A stretch of 64,000 nucleotides of DNA from the human T2T-CHM13v2.0 reference genome, Homo sapiens (GCF_009914755.1 NC_060935.1), one strand, 5' to 3'; shown: positions 1-15,893, numbered from the stretch's first letter. Notes: a model not told the origin generated them from the sequence alone. Program-made: numbers and translations.

Positions 1-118
1 GGGATGGAGGTTGCAGTGAACTGAGATCACACCATCGTACTCCAGCCTGGGTGACAAGAGTGAGACTCCATCTCAAAATAATAATAATAATAAAATAAAA
101 ATAATAAAATAAAATAAG
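1..118 (+). mobile_element. Alu right-arm 3' end with A-rich tail (cut by window edge)
   Basis: ggaggttgcagtgaactgagatcacacc...ctccagcctgggtgacaagagtgagactccatctc followed by (aaata)n tail. Confidence 0.95.
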
Positions 119-637
119 ACCTATATGATGTCTTTCTTATTGAGTTATGGTATCTCTCATGCTCTTGGCAGGAAGTAAATTTCACACTCAAAAAAAGTTA
201 ATAAAGTGCCTATTTACAGAAGATGTATTCAAGGTTAATGGCAGCAATAAAGAATAGTCAAGTACCCAGAGACTAAAGATAGCGACAAGTCTTCATTTAC
301 CACTGCATTGTCCATTTTGGCTTTAAAGGGATGTTGCTACCAGAGTTGGGTTGAAAGCTTGAATGTTTGGAAAAGGGGTCACATCACAAGAATTGACTCA
401 GCCACTGCCAGAAATTTTGATAGTGAGGTCAGGAGGGAGCAGGATACACATAGGTAAGCTTACATGTCTGAACCCTTCTTTCATTCTCCCATCTCCTATG
501 AGTGTTTCTCATCAATAAAACCCGACCAAATGTCAGGTAAAGGGATGAAATCTGGAGAAGTCAATCATGTGGGCAACAGAACAAGGTAGAGAATGAATCT
601 GGGGTAGAAGGAGGCCAAATGACAATAACCAACACAG

Positions 638-735
638 GTTATTATGACAGTTAAGTGAAAAGAAAATCTGTGTACAGCATTTAGTATAGCACCTGGCATA
701 TAGCATATACTCAATATATGTTAGCTATTATTGTT
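638..735 (+). mobile_element. MIR 3' fragment
   Basis: gcatttagtatagcacctggcatatagcatatactcaatatatgttagctattatt resembles the MIR/L2 3' terminus. Confidence 0.7.
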
Positions 736-1309
736 AATTAAATTACATTAAGTCTACAGTTATCTTTGGATCAATCAGCTCTTATCATGGTGGTGAGGCT
801 GTGAGTGGGTTAGACACTTAGAGGTTGATAGCCTCTTGACTGATATGAGCTCCAATCTCTATAATACAGCAATATTTCCTATCAGATACTACATATTCAG
901 CCAAACCAAACCTAATGTTCTGCAAAGTTCTCTAATTAAATAATTTTTCTTGGAAACAGTCCGATTTAAGGAAAATCAATTTATTGAAAGCCTATTCCAT
1001 TTGCCAAAAGATCATTTGTCAATGACAATTTGCCAAATCCACCAAAGATACTGATTTCCCTAAAGGCTTACTTCTTCATTGCTTCTATTTATAATGTTTA
1101 TGGGAATTTTTATTTAATGGTTTGGCAGATTCTAGGAGGACTGCAGAGAGTCAGAACTCCACATTCAGAAATCTCTGCCCTTCTGCTTCTCTTACCTCCA
1201 TACTTCAGTTTTCTTTCTGTCCTTTATCTTCTTTTTCTCAGCTCCTTAGTGTCCCCCACCCTCTCTGGGTTTTCAATTCCTTGATATTCCTATAAACCAA
1301 GAAGTTTCC

Positions 1310-1630
1310 CTTCTCCATTCACCTCGCTGCCTCAAGACTGACCCAAAGGGATGGCATTGATGGCCTCTCTTGATTTCTGTCTTTCAGAAGAGTTAGGCCA
1401 ATGGGAAATACCAACACGAAAATGAAAGAAAGGAGGATCAAAAGGTTGAAATATTTTTTCCAATGTAGTAGCTATGACTGGCCCCATCCACAAATGAAAA
1501 GCCATGGCTCCTGTTGGGTGACTTTCCACACAGCTTTTCATCTACACGTTCCAAACACTTCTTCCTCTCCTTACTCTTGAAAAAATAGGGTTAGCTTTCT
1601 GCTCTTGGAATAGTCGTTCTGTGGTATTGC
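1310..1630 (-). mobile_element. Old ERVL LTR fragment (LTR16-like)
   Basis: ttaggccaatgggaaatacc...gaaaggaggatcaaaaggttgaaatattttttcc resembles recalled LTR16 motif; heavily diverged. Confidence 0.4.
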
Positions 1631-2349
1631 ACTATTCTGAGTGGTTTTCCTATATTCTATTGACAACATTAAAATAATATCCTTTTACACACCTTTTGAA
1701 TTATCTTAATTTGAAACTGCTACCTTTTTTTCTCTCTACTTCACTCTGCCCTTCAGTGTCCCAAGGCCTCTGGCTTCTCTGCTCTGTATTTTTCACCCTT
1801 TTTAAAGAGCAGTGACTGAGAGATGCCTGTGAGCTTAGCTTCCTCTCTCTGTTCCAGTTTCCTTTTTTTGAAAGAGAAGAAAATGGGGTGGAAAGAAAGG
1901 CTGAGGGGTACAAAGGAAGAGACTACATGCAGAGAGATAAAGATAGGGGAGGGACAGAAGAAAGAATAAAGGGCAAATAAATAAAGAGATGGTCAGACTG
2001 AGAGGTACAGAGGAATCATGAGAAAAGCAGGAGAGCCTGAGAGCCTTGCACCCGTGGAATTCTAATAGTCACAGTCATCATGCATCCATCCATTGTGAAT
2101 GACTAGAAACTCAAGACTTAGCTTTAATAATTGGGTGAAAATCACGTTTCGAGTTGATTTTTGACCAGCTGGTAAATTTTACTTCTCATATTTGCTTATT
2201 TTTTTCTTGCTTTTCCTTTTGAAAATACTACTCATTAAAATCCAAAGATTTCACTTATGTTTTTCCACTGTTTTGAAACCATCCATGACTTTCCCAACAA
2301 GAGGTATATTATTCTGATGTGGAACTTTCCAGAGTATGTATCTTAGTGC

Positions 2350-3255
<906 letters not shown>

Positions 3256-4593
3256 GTGCCCTATCTCCTTTAAGGACATGTACCTGTCTGTCGTATTTCT
3301 TGTATTGCATTGTGAGCTTCATGAGCGCCTGGAATGTGCCTTGCCTCTGTTTGTACCTCTTGAATGGAGTGATGCAATTAAAAGTGAGCAATAGAACATG
3401 AATTAAATCAAAGTTAAGTACTAGGCAGTGCTAACTGCGTGTGTGTGCATGTGTGTGTGTTTAGGTTTATGTGTGAATTCATTCAATTACTGTCCCTTTC
3501 AAGGGTGCTCATTTGCCCTCCATAGCAGGCAGTATTACAGATGGAATTCTAATAATCCTGGGAAGATCTCACTCTAATCTTCTGACCCCAAGACGTGCTG
3601 ACAAGCCACATTCATTCCCCACTTTGCAGACACTTCTATGGAAGTAGATGCCATTTGCTCACAGAAAGGGTCTGTTAAAAGAGGCAGTAAAGCAAGGCAT
3701 TCTGCAAGGAAATACCAAGAGCATATTTCGGTTAGGAGACAGACCTTCCAGAGTCTTTTCCAGTGTCAGCTGTAGAAATAAAGACTGATGCAGAGAAAGG
3801 TGTGGCAGAATGGGGACAGCATGCTGAGCCTACAGAGAGATCTCTTTGAAACTGCTCCATTGCTGTGACCAATTACTTATCTAAAGGAATACTGGGCAAA
3901 TAGCTCCTGTATTGCTTATTCCCTCAAATTTATACCCCAAAGATATCAAGTGTAAATTATTTGTCCCTAAAATACTAAAGCCAGGATTGGCAGAGCCTTT
4001 GAAACCTCTATATCACAAATTCAGGAACAAACAAAAAATGAACTAAACTCCAAAATAAAGTTCAAGGAGTCTTAAGTCCTCCTAAGACTGAAAGTGCTTC
4101 TGCTCCAGCTGTGATTATTAAAGTCTTTTCTTACTACAAATAAGAAAACAGCAAGCGCGCAATAGAAAGTCAATCACTCTAGAGGGTCTTGCAAATATGT
4201 TGGTCATTTGAAAGGATAAATAACCTCCAACAGCAACCGAGATTCAATGCAGAGGTAATCTCATTTGAAGCAGTCTCATCTCCAAAATGGTAATATATTG
4301 AGTTGCTTTGCTTGGAAATACAGCCAAGAAGCACTTGCTCAACATTTTATTCATATAGTACACATAGCCAAGCTTTTCACTAATCCCTCTGGAACTTTTT
4401 GTTTAGAGTGAATGCAAATGCAGGAGACCCTTGCTTCCAACAAGACAATCAAATAACATTTTCAAGAGAAACAAACGCTAACCTTTCTTTCTATTTGATT
4501 TCATCCTTTCTCTTCTTTTCTTTGAAATGATCCATTTGGTGAAAGTATGTTTTTATATATTGTATTTCCAGAATAAATCAAGTGATATAAATT

Positions 4594-5068
4594 ATGTATG
4601 GGTTGAAATGTGTCCCCCAAGAAGTTGTGTTGAAATCCTAAGCTCCGTACCTGTGAATGTGACCTTATTTGGACACAGGTTCTTTGCTGATGTAATCTGG
4701 CTAAAATTAGGTCATATTTAATTAGGGCTGATCCTAATCTAATGTGATTGGTGTCCCTATAAGAAGAGAAAACAGATACACAGGGAAAGAAACACCATGT
4801 GAAGACCCAAACAGACACAGACAGAGAGAAGATGTGTAGATAGAGGCAGATATTGAAGTTGTGCTGCCACAAATCAAGGAACTCCTGGGGCTATTGGAAG
4901 CTGGAAGAGGCAGGAAAAAATCCTTCCCTGGAGGCTTCAGAGGGAGCATGGCCTTGACACACCTATATTTTGGAAATCTAACCTTTCGAACCGTGAGATG
5001 ATAATTTACATGATTTTAAGCCATCCCGTTTGGTGTACTTTGTTATGGCAGTCCCAGTGAACTAATAT
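4594..5068 (+). mobile_element. MaLR solo LTR, MLT1C-like
   Basis: tgtatgggttgaaatgtgtcccc...gtacctgtgaatgtgaccttatttgg...gaagctggaagaggcagg...tactttgttatggcagtcccagtgaactaatata. Confidence 0.85.
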
Positions 5069-5214
5069 AAATGGTTAGTTGCCTTTCAGAAAAAGAAGCC
5101 AGAAAATACCACAATATTTCCCACTCTGAATATAAATTACTGCTTTTCAGGACCTAAAATTTTCTCCTGGCCTTTGTCAGTGGGCACTACCTGATGAAAA
5201 GAAGGAATCTGACT

Positions 5215-5390
5215 AATCTCTGTTCAAATTCCAGCTCTTCTCCTTTTTGGCTGAATTATCTCAGGCTAGCAATTTAACCTCTATAACCTTGACTCCTCTC
5301 AGTAAAAATTGACATAATAATAGCTATGGCACAGTGTGGATTTGTTTGTTTGTTTTAGGATTAAAGGAGATAGCATACATAAAACACCTG
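5215..5390 (+). mobile_element. MIR fragment
   Basis: ttcaaattccagctct...gcaatttaacctctat...gtaaaaattgacataataatag...aggattaaaggagata matches MIR core. Confidence 0.6.
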
Positions 5391-6191
5391 ATGTATTAAA
5401 CTTTCCTTTAATCTAGGTCCTTTCCTTTTCTCCTTTTTCTTCCTGGGCACATACCTTCACCCAAACCAGCCATCAACTAATCCCTCCTGAGGTTCATCTG
5501 ATAATAGCTCCACATTTTATATATCCCGGAGACATCTGTAATTTAACAGACAACACTTAAAGGCAAAAAAAGCCCTTGAGGCCAAAGCAATGAATTCTAA
5601 TAGAAAACTTCAGGGTTTTTGATAGGCAGTGGGGTCGTTACTTTTTGAGCTGGAGAACTTTGCAGAAGGTATTCAGAACACACCTAAGAAGCCTCAGTCT
5701 TACTTGTATGACTATCCCTGCTACGTAATCATTTCTGTTAAGAAAGTTCATTATTTTGGGTGTCTAATCTATTGCTTTTTTAATGTATTCATTAATAATC
5801 AATTATTTATTCAATCTCTCATTCAATTTATTAAGTACACATTCCATATAACACATTAAGGAAGTTATAAAAGTCAACCTAGCAAAGCTACTGCTTGGTT
5901 CCACGGAGCTTGTATTCTAGTAGGGGAGAGGAGACATTCATGTAAATAAATGAATCGTGTAATTTAGGAAGTTCTGATACCCAAAATTGAGATTTTTTTT
6001 TTTTTGAGGAGATTTTCCTAAATCATCATTTAATCTCAATCTTTTCCTATCTCTCTTTACTTTTTTTCCTCTCTTTTCCTCTGCCCTCTCTCTCATCTTT
6101 TTCCCCTTTGCTTCTCTTTTTACAGTTCCTCCCTCCAGTTCTTCATTTGTTACATGTTTATGAGAGTAAGAGCTGATGTGCCTGTAATAAA

Positions 6192-6194
<3 letters not shown>

Positions 6195-6229
<35 letters not shown>

Positions 6230-6499
6230 GCTGTCTCGCTGTGTTCCCCAGACTGGAGTACAGTGGCACAATCTTGGCTCACTGCAACCTCCACTTCCCG
6301 GTTCAAGCGATTCTCTTGCCTCAGCCTCCCTAGGAGCTGGGACTACAGGTGTATGCCACCACACCCAGCTAATTCTTTTTTGTGTTTTTAGTAGAGACGG
6401 GGTTTCACCATGTTAGCTAGGATGGTCTTGACCTCCTGACCTCGTGATCCACCTGCCTTGGCCTCCCAAAGTGCTGGGATTATAGGCATGAGCCACCGA
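6195..6499 (-). mobile_element. AluS
   Basis: Poly-T then complete antisense dimeric Alu ending gagccaccg. Confidence 0.95.
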
Positions 6500-6503
6500 T
6501 TTT

Positions 6504-6560
6504 TATGTGTGTGTATAAATATGTGTGTGTATAAATATGTGTGCGTATAAATATGTGTGC
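6504..6560. repeat. 16-bp minisatellite (tatgtgtgtgtataaa) x~3.5
   Basis: Directly visible tandem copies. Confidence 0.85.
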
Positions 6561-7685
6561 TCCTCAGCTGGAAATATTTTGGGGGTGACTACAGAACAGT
6601 GATTTTTCTCTAACAACTACTGTGTTCTCTCCTGTTTTTTTTTTTGGAAGTAGTGTAGCTGTGGTATTGAGTCTAGCCAAAGACTTCTGAAACAATGGCC
6701 CAGAAAGAGGCTTATTTTCAGTTTCCAACAAGATCAATATCAAACATCCTGGGCTAGATGAATAATGATTTATAGAATTATATTTAAATTATGTACATTT
6801 AATTAATAAGCCCATTATATAGTTTTTCTTGCAGTATTTCCCAGTCTGATATTTATCTTTATGCCACATTTTTTAAACCAAAACTTTAAAATCCAGCATC
6901 TCTTATTTAGCTGTGATAATCTGTAATTAAGACCTGCTTTCTGTCATGTGAGTCTAAAATGTTTATACTATTACCTCGTCTATGTTTACTCACTGAACAT
7001 TATCCTTAGTATTTTTTCTACATTAAGAAACATTTATTTATTCATTCCACACTTACATCTCTTTTTAGGAAACATATGAAGAGTTTTCTTCCATTCTCTA
7101 TTTCTTCTAGCTCATGAAGCATACTTTTGACAAATTGATCCTTTTTAAAGAGCTTTTTGTTTGTTTGTTTAGATGATTGCTGGATTTAGAACCAATAGGC
7201 CTGAGTTTATACTTTGCCCCTATTCTTAAATACTTGTTTGATCCTTCATCAGTTAAAAAAATAACAACTTATAATAAGTGATATTTATTGAGCATTTATG
7301 TACTAGATACAGTGATAAAACTCAAGAAGAATTAAATCACTAATTCCTAACGCAATGAGAAATATATTTTTTGATTTCTAATGTGGACTCTCACAGGCCT
7401 TGTAAGAAATAATAGCTTTGAAAGTCAATGGAATTGATTTTCATGAGGCAGGTAGTTCTGAAAAAAGAGAAGTCTATTGAAAAACAGAAAAGAAAGCCCA
7501 TAAGAAATAAGATATAGAGTATATGCCTTCACAATAAGTGAAAAAAGAAAATAAACAATTATACCCTAAGTGACTGAAATGAGAATCAATTATTCTGGAA
7601 AGAGATAGGAGACTGAAATACCAATGGGCATGATCTTGGACACCTAGGACATGAGAGTAGATCTTGGGGTTTAAGGGGACTGCAC

Positions 7686-8078
7686 AAATATATATATGCA
7701 CACACACATACATACATATATACACACACACATACATACATATATATACACACATACATACATATATATACACACACATACACACACATGCATACATATA
7801 TACACATATATACACATACATACACACATAAATACACACATATACACACATACATGAATATATATACACACATATACACATACAGATATATGCACATACA
7901 GATATACACACATACATATATACACACACATATACATACATATATACACATATATACACAAACATACATATATACACACATGCATACACACATATACACA
8001 CACATATAAACATATATACATACATATATACATAGTATATACACACATATATAATACATATAATAAAATACACATATA
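7686..8078. repeat. Compound (TA)/(CA) alternating purine-pyrimidine microsatellite, ~390 bp
   Basis: atatatatgcacacacacatacatacatata...; source of spurious YVC/HT-rich ORFs. Confidence 0.95.
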
Positions 8079-8128
8079 TCTGGTTAGTGCAAAAGTAATT
8101 GTGGTTTTTGCCATTAAAAGCAACCTAT
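8079..8128. mobile_element. MADE1 (mariner MITE), internally deleted
   Basis: ggttagtgcaaaagtaattgtggtttttgccatt matches MADE1/Hsmar1 TIR; residual second end caaccta(ta). Confidence 0.8.
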
Positions 8129-8375
8129 AAGCCCTTGCTTCAAGATATCCCAGCTTTCCGGAGCAAACGGGCATATATTTTCCATGTATTGATTTATGTC
8201 TTTGCCTGTTACTTCTGCTTCCCTGAAAGGTATGAAACCAAACTGTAATCTAACCACCTCAGGTGCATTTCCTTAGGACTCTTGGAGACTTTGTCTTTTC
8301 TGGCTGTGGTGACTCATATTGGCTCAGAATAAATCCCTTTAAAATATCTGATTGTGTTTTGTTTTTCCATTAACA
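8126..8375 (+). mobile_element. ERV1 LTR 3' part (MER34/MER39-like)
   Basis: catgtattgatttatgtctttgcctg...gactcatattggctcagaataaatccctttaaaatat...ttccattaaca. Confidence 0.7.
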
Positions 8376-8619
8376 TTGCCATGGTCAGAAATTTGCATGG
8401 TTGTTAATCAATGGTTATAATTTTAGCCACACATGTGCCGTACTAGCTTTTTAGCATGCAGCTGTCTTCATTCTGTAGCTGCCTGCAAGACATCCATGAG
8501 TTTTTCAGTACAAGTGACACCCATTCTTGCTCTAAGTCTCTGATGATTCCCTTCCAAACTGATCCATAGAAACATGCCCCATTTAACAGCACAGAACACT
8601 TATTAACACCTCCAAATAG

Positions 8620-9072
<453 letters not shown>

Positions 9073-9161
9073 TCACCTGGAACATGTTCACTTCTAGATG
9101 ATCTGGGTATAGTTTCAGATGTCTTGTGAGTACAGTAGCATACCTAGAATAAAGAATAAAT

Positions 9162-9485
9162 GGGTCAGGCGTGGTGGCTCATACCTGTAATCCCAGAATG
9201 TTGGGAGGCTGAGGTGGGTAGATCACGAGGTCAGGAGTTCAAGACCATCCTGTCCAAGATGGTGAAACCCTGTCTCTTCTAAAAATACAAAAATTAGCCG
9301 GGCATGGTGGCAGGCGCCTGTAATCCCAGCTACTCGGAAGGCTGAGGCAGAGAACTGCTTAAACAGGAGGCGGAGGTTGCAGTGAGCCAAGATTGTACCA
9401 CTGTACCCCATCCTGGGTGACAGAGTGAGACTCTGTCTCAAAATAAAAAATAAAAAATAAATAAGTACATAAATTATAAATAAAT
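9162..9485 (+). mobile_element. AluS
   Basis: Full dimer gggtcaggcgtggtggctc...gagactctgtctc plus A tail. Confidence 0.95.
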
Positions 9486-9786
9486 CTCCCACACTCTTCA
9501 TCTTTCATGATGGGTACTATAGTGCCAAAAATGGTGCTTTGGAATAGAGATTATCCATCCAAAGCAGTTTAGTGATAAAGATAAGACTTAATGCTGAGTA
9601 ACGTAATTTTCTTGATGGCCTCTAAATTCACTGAGGGTATATTAGAGAGGTTCTCCTATCCCGTTTTGAAGAGGGAATAATATCAATGGGGATTTTATTT
9701 TCCAAAGATGACTGCAACAATATATTTCCTCCTACATCTAACATGGTGTGCACAGTGTGATTTTGCAATGCTGTCTCAATCACCCC

Positions 9787-10240
9787 CTAGGGTTAATCTG
9801 GGATTTCTACCTACTGGTTATGGAGATGTCTGAACATACAACACGTAACACTGGACACATGAAATCAATAGCAATTTATTAGACACGTGAACTCACAGCC
9901 TGGGGAAGGAGGATACCACATGCCATGCGCTGCCAAATGGGGGTTGCCCTTGGGAACAGAGTGAAAAATGAGGGGCTTTGAAAGGCAGTCTTTGTAGTAC
10001 CAAGAAGATGATGTGATCTCAGTTCCTTCAGGAGGATGTGATTCGCTTGTTTAAATAATTCTGCAGGCTAGTGGGCAACTGAAACACTTTGCTCAGCAGA
10101 AACTGCCTAGTCTTCTTGATAAGGAGGGTTGTTTGGTTTGAAGACCTTATGCGTGGAAGCAGAGTACTGAGAGAAACTTGTAATTACTCTATTCAAGGAT
10201 TTCTGAATTTCACCAGATACCAAGACATTTCAGAAAACAA
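9787..10240 (-). mobile_element. ERVL-type solo LTR (MER76/MER77-like)
   Basis: aacactggacacatgaaatcaatagcaatttattag...ggcagtctttgtagtaccaag; family uncertain. Confidence 0.45.
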
Positions 10241-10249
10241 AGGTTATTT

Positions 10250-11057
10250 ATTTTTTTCTACACTATTTCTGACATCAGATGTATACTGCTTTTTTTCCAA
10301 CACTGACCAATTCTCCGACACCAGGAGAGTGTCCTATAATTCAATTTAATTTTGATACTCTCTACCTAGAGTTATCATCAGATCCCACAAATTAAGGGCT
10401 CAGTCTCGCAAGACTCCTGTAATTTCAGATTCCAATTACAAGTTCACATCTTCGCCATGCTATTTCTGACCGACTGGCATTAAATTGGGGGTTCCAACAA
10501 CCCTCCCTCAGGTTCGATAATTTACTACAATTGCTCATAGAACTCAGGGAAACACTTTATTCATGTCTACCAGTTTATTAGAAAGAATACAATAAAAAAT
10601 ACACATAAATAGCCAGATGAAGGGATACATAGGGCAAGGTCTGGAGGTGTCCTGAGCCCAGGAACCTCTCTGTTGAGTTAGGGTAGGAGTGACTCTCCTC
10701 TCTCCCCTTCACATGAATGTATTCACCAACCTGGAAGCTCATCAAGGCTCATTGTTTACACATTTCTTTATAGAGCTTAATCTTCAACTCCTCTCCCTAC
10801 ATTCTTCTCTAAAGTTATGTGGGTAGAACTTAATGTTCCAACGCTTTGATTTCTTGGTGTTTCTGGTGACCACCCCCATCCTGATGCTATCTGGGGACCC
10901 CATCTTAAGGCAATTCACTAGCATAAAATAAAGTGTCATTAAGTAGGCCACCATATGAATAACAAAAGACATTCCTATCATTCAGGAAATTCCTAGAGTT
11001 TCAAGAACTCTGTACCACAAACCAGCAACAAAGACCAAATATATTTATTATGCTACA
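10250..11057 (-). mobile_element. MER21-family LTR
   Basis: tcagatcccacaaattaagggctcagtctc...tagaactcagggaaacactt...caggaaattcctagagtttc...aaagaccaaatatatttatt. Confidence 0.8.
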
Positions 11058-11857
11058 GTTCCACATCAGCTTGGGACTTAATTTTAAGCCTTACCTCACA
11101 CATGCATCCAAAATCAGGTGATGTGTAATTCCCTCTCCTTGTGACCAAAAGAATGTGGTAAAAGTGATGCCGTGTTGTTTCTAAGAAGACAGGTCATAAT
11201 GCTTCTTAGAATGCAGCTTCTCTGGACTATCTCGTAACCCATCTGTGAAGCAGGGAGAAGTCCAAGCTTCCTCATGAAGAGGATCACATCAAGGTAGCCA
11301 ATTGATAGTTTCTGGATTTTCTCCTTGTAAGAACCATCTACTCAAATGGAAGCAAAAGGGGAGGGAATGGGAGAAAAAAAACCATAAAACTAAGCATATA
11401 AACAAAGGAGACTCTTTTAGCTCAGAAGAGATGACATTATCTTTTAATTGACAACTTTAAATTCTTGACATTATCTGAGGAGAGAACTCTAATTAGAAGA
11501 CAGCAGCAAGAGAACATAAGGAGATTTACTTTTATTGAACATCTGATTTATGCTGATGAAAATATACTTGCTGCACATACTCCCTCAGTCTCATTTATCT
11601 CCTAATATTCACCTCATCCTTTAATTTATTCATTTACTTAACAAAGAGTTAACACATGCTTATCTTGTGGCTGCAACATAGTAACCTGGAGATTGTCAGT
11701 GGGGCCTGGGACAAAGGGACCAGAGGTAGGAAACCCTTAAGGAGTTCACAGTTGACACTGCCAAAAAGACATGAGTACAATGTCTTGTCGTAAGTTCTCT
11801 TAGGTATATGGTATCAATGGAAAGAGTCAAACTCTGCAAAATATTTGAAGAGATTTA

Positions 11858-12145
<288 letters not shown>

Positions 12146-12876
12146 AAGAGATTTATTATGAGCCAAATATGAGTGACCAGCCTTAAAAGATTCCTAGAAT
12201 ACATGCCCAAGGTGGTCAGACTACAGCTTGGTTTTATAAATTTTAGGGAGACATAAGACATCAATCAATACATGTAAAATGTAAAATGTACACCAGTTCA
12301 GTCTGGAAAGGAAGGACAACTCTAAGTGAGGGGTGTTTCCAGTTCACGGAGAGATTCAAAGATTTTGACTGGTAATTGGTTGAAAGAGGTAAGTTATTGT
12401 CTAAAGATGTAGAATCAATAGAGGGGAATGTTTGGGTTAAGATAAGGAGTTGCAGAGACCAAGATTCCCATTATGCAGAGGAAGCCTCCAGGTAGCAGGC
12501 TTCAGAGAAAATAGATTGTCAATGTTTCGTATCAGAGTTGACTCTCCTGGATCAGGGAAAAGAAAGCAATGAACTAATGGGGATTCTCTATAGAATGTAG
12601 ATTTTTCTCACAAGAGACAGCTTTGCCAGGCCATTTCAATATATGTCAGAAAAATATAATTTGGGGTAAAATACTTCAATTTCTTTCAGGGCCTGCTATC
12701 TGGCATTTGATGCTATGCTAGAGTCAGGCTAGAATTTGGTGTCTTATTGCTTCAAAGAGTCTACTTTATCAGTCTTCACATCTATTTCAGTGTTAATGCT
12801 GGTCATCTGTGCCTGAATTCCAAAAGACAGGAGAGTATAATGAGGCATGTCCGACTCCCCTTTTCCATCATGGCCT

Positions 12877-13874
<998 letters not shown>

Positions 13875-13894
13875 GCCTGAACTAGTTTTCAGGT

Positions 13895-14513
13895 TGTGAA
13901 AGGAAAACACATCTTGGGACCCCCAAATCACTAAGCCAAAGGGTAAAGTCAAGCTGGGAACTGCAACAGGCAAACCTGCCTTTCATTTTATTCCTAAATA
14001 AAAGAGCTAAAAAGATTTTTTTTAAAGCCACATGCTTCCCTCAAAATTTGCCCACAAGGAAATTCCTTATGGACAAAGGACAGACAGACCTCAAAGTCAT
14101 CCCTCTTCCCACCTGAGACAGATATCTGATTGCTTCTTTTGCCCTATTGTTATACTAAACCAGACCAAGGCATAAATGACTATTCCTTTACCTTTCACTC
14201 AAATGTAAATTGTGTATTTAGTTAAAGGCTAACCAGAGACTCAAAAATAAAAAATGCAAGTTTGTCTCTTATCTACCTATGGCTTGAAAGCCCCCTCCCG
14301 AATTTGAACTTGTCCTGCCCTCTCAAACCAAACCAAGGTATATCATTCACATATTGATTGATGTCTCATGTCTCCCTAAAATGTATAAAATCAAGCTGCA
14401 CCCCAACCACCTTTGGCATCAGGACGTCCTGAGACTGTGTCTCTGGTGCATCCTTAAACTTGGCAAGATAAACCTTATAAATTGATTGAGTTTCAGATAC
14501 TTTTAGGTTCACA
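13895..14513 (+). mobile_element. MER4A-like solo LTR
   Basis: tgtgaaaggaaaacacatcttgggacccccaaatcactaagcc...ggttcaca; TSD aggt/cggt. Confidence 0.85.
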
Positions 14514-14586
14514 CGGTTAACTTTGGAATGCCGTTGGTTGAAAGCAGGGGTCTATTCAGACGACTGTTGGGGGGAGAGCTTAGAAA

Positions 14587-14690
14587 CTTAAAAGTATAAT
14601 AAATAAAATAAAATAAATAAAATAATAAAAAAATAAAAATAAATAAAAATAAAGTTTAACTATTGAATACCACCCCCCCCAAAAAAAAAA
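14587..14690 (+). mobile_element. Extremely 5'-truncated L1PA 3' terminus with two A tails
   Basis: (a)acttaaaagtataat resembles L1PA terminus aacttaaagtataat; TSD agaaa 14582-14586 and 14691-14695. Confidence 0.6.
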
Positions 14691-14946
14691 AGAAATGTTA
14701 TTTTTGATTTACAGTAGCATAGTGGTAGAACCAGAGAGAGGTCCTGAAGTCAGTATTGGAGAGCAAGAAAAGGGAAACATAAGCATTAAAGCAGTTTATT
14801 TTTTTCTTCCCAATACTGCCATTAATAAACTAGAAAGCACTACATAAATGTAAAGTGAAATAGCATTATTAAGGGATCATTCCCCTATTCCTTCATGAAT
14901 CACCACTACCTACGTACTGTCAACTGAAGAATGATGAGTTTCATAA

Positions 14947-15275
<329 letters not shown>

Positions 15276-15341
15276 GAGGGCTTTATTTTTCATAAAGGAT
15301 TTCAGCCTGCATATTGGCCATTCTGACAAGCCTTATCCCCC

Positions 15342-15893
15342 TGTGATAGTTAATACTGAGTGTCAACTTGATTAGATTGAAGTATGCAAGGTATTATTCC
15401 TGTATGTTTCTGTAAGGGTGTTACCAAAAAAGATTAACATTTGAGTCAGGTGTTGTTAGAGAGGCAGACCCACCTTCAATCTGGATGAGCACCATCTAAT
15501 CAGCTATCAGCACGGCCAGACTAAAAGCAGGCATAAGAAGGTAAAAGTAAGGTAGAAGACTGGCTAAGTCTTCTGACCTCCATCTTTCTCTCATGCTGGA
15601 TGCTTCCTGCCTTCAAACAAAGGACTCCAAATTCTTCAGTCTTTGGACTTTTGGACTTACACCAGTGGTTTGCTAGGGGCTCTTGGGCCTTCAGCCACAG
15701 ATTGAAGGCTGCATTGTCAGCATCCCTACTTTTGAGGTTTTGGGACTCTGTCCTCCTTGCTCCTCAGCTTGCGAAAGGTCTATTGTGGGACTTCACCTTG
15801 TGATGGTGTGAGTCAATTCCCTGTAATAAACTCCCTTTCATATACACATCTATCCTATTAGTCCTGTTCCTCTAGAGAACCCTGACAAATACA
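15342..15893 (+). mobile_element. MLT2A (HERV-L) solo LTR
   Basis: tgtgatagttaatactgagtgtcaacttgattagattg...cctattagtcctgttcctctagagaaccctgacaaataca. Confidence 0.9.

Larger units (their letters stand above)
9690..11310 (+). mobile_element. Old MLT1(G/H)-like LTR split by two younger LTRs
   Basis: 5' part attttccaaagatgactgcaacaat (9690-9780); continuation tgaccaaaagaatgtggtaaaagtgatg near 11140. Confidence 0.45.

Noticed and set aside
1030-1913. Short ORFs at window start
   Set aside because: Mostly non-ATG starts, low-complexity or old-LTR sequence, and no coherent exon structure.
900-2200. Short atttgccaaa repeats and segments resembling an ancient DNA transposon
   Set aside because: Could not define termini or a family from the sequence alone.
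7474-8174. Long ORFs (157-199 aa) rich in Y/V/C/M or H/T/Y
   Set aside because: Translations of the (TA/CA) microsatellite, which lacks stop codons; not genes.
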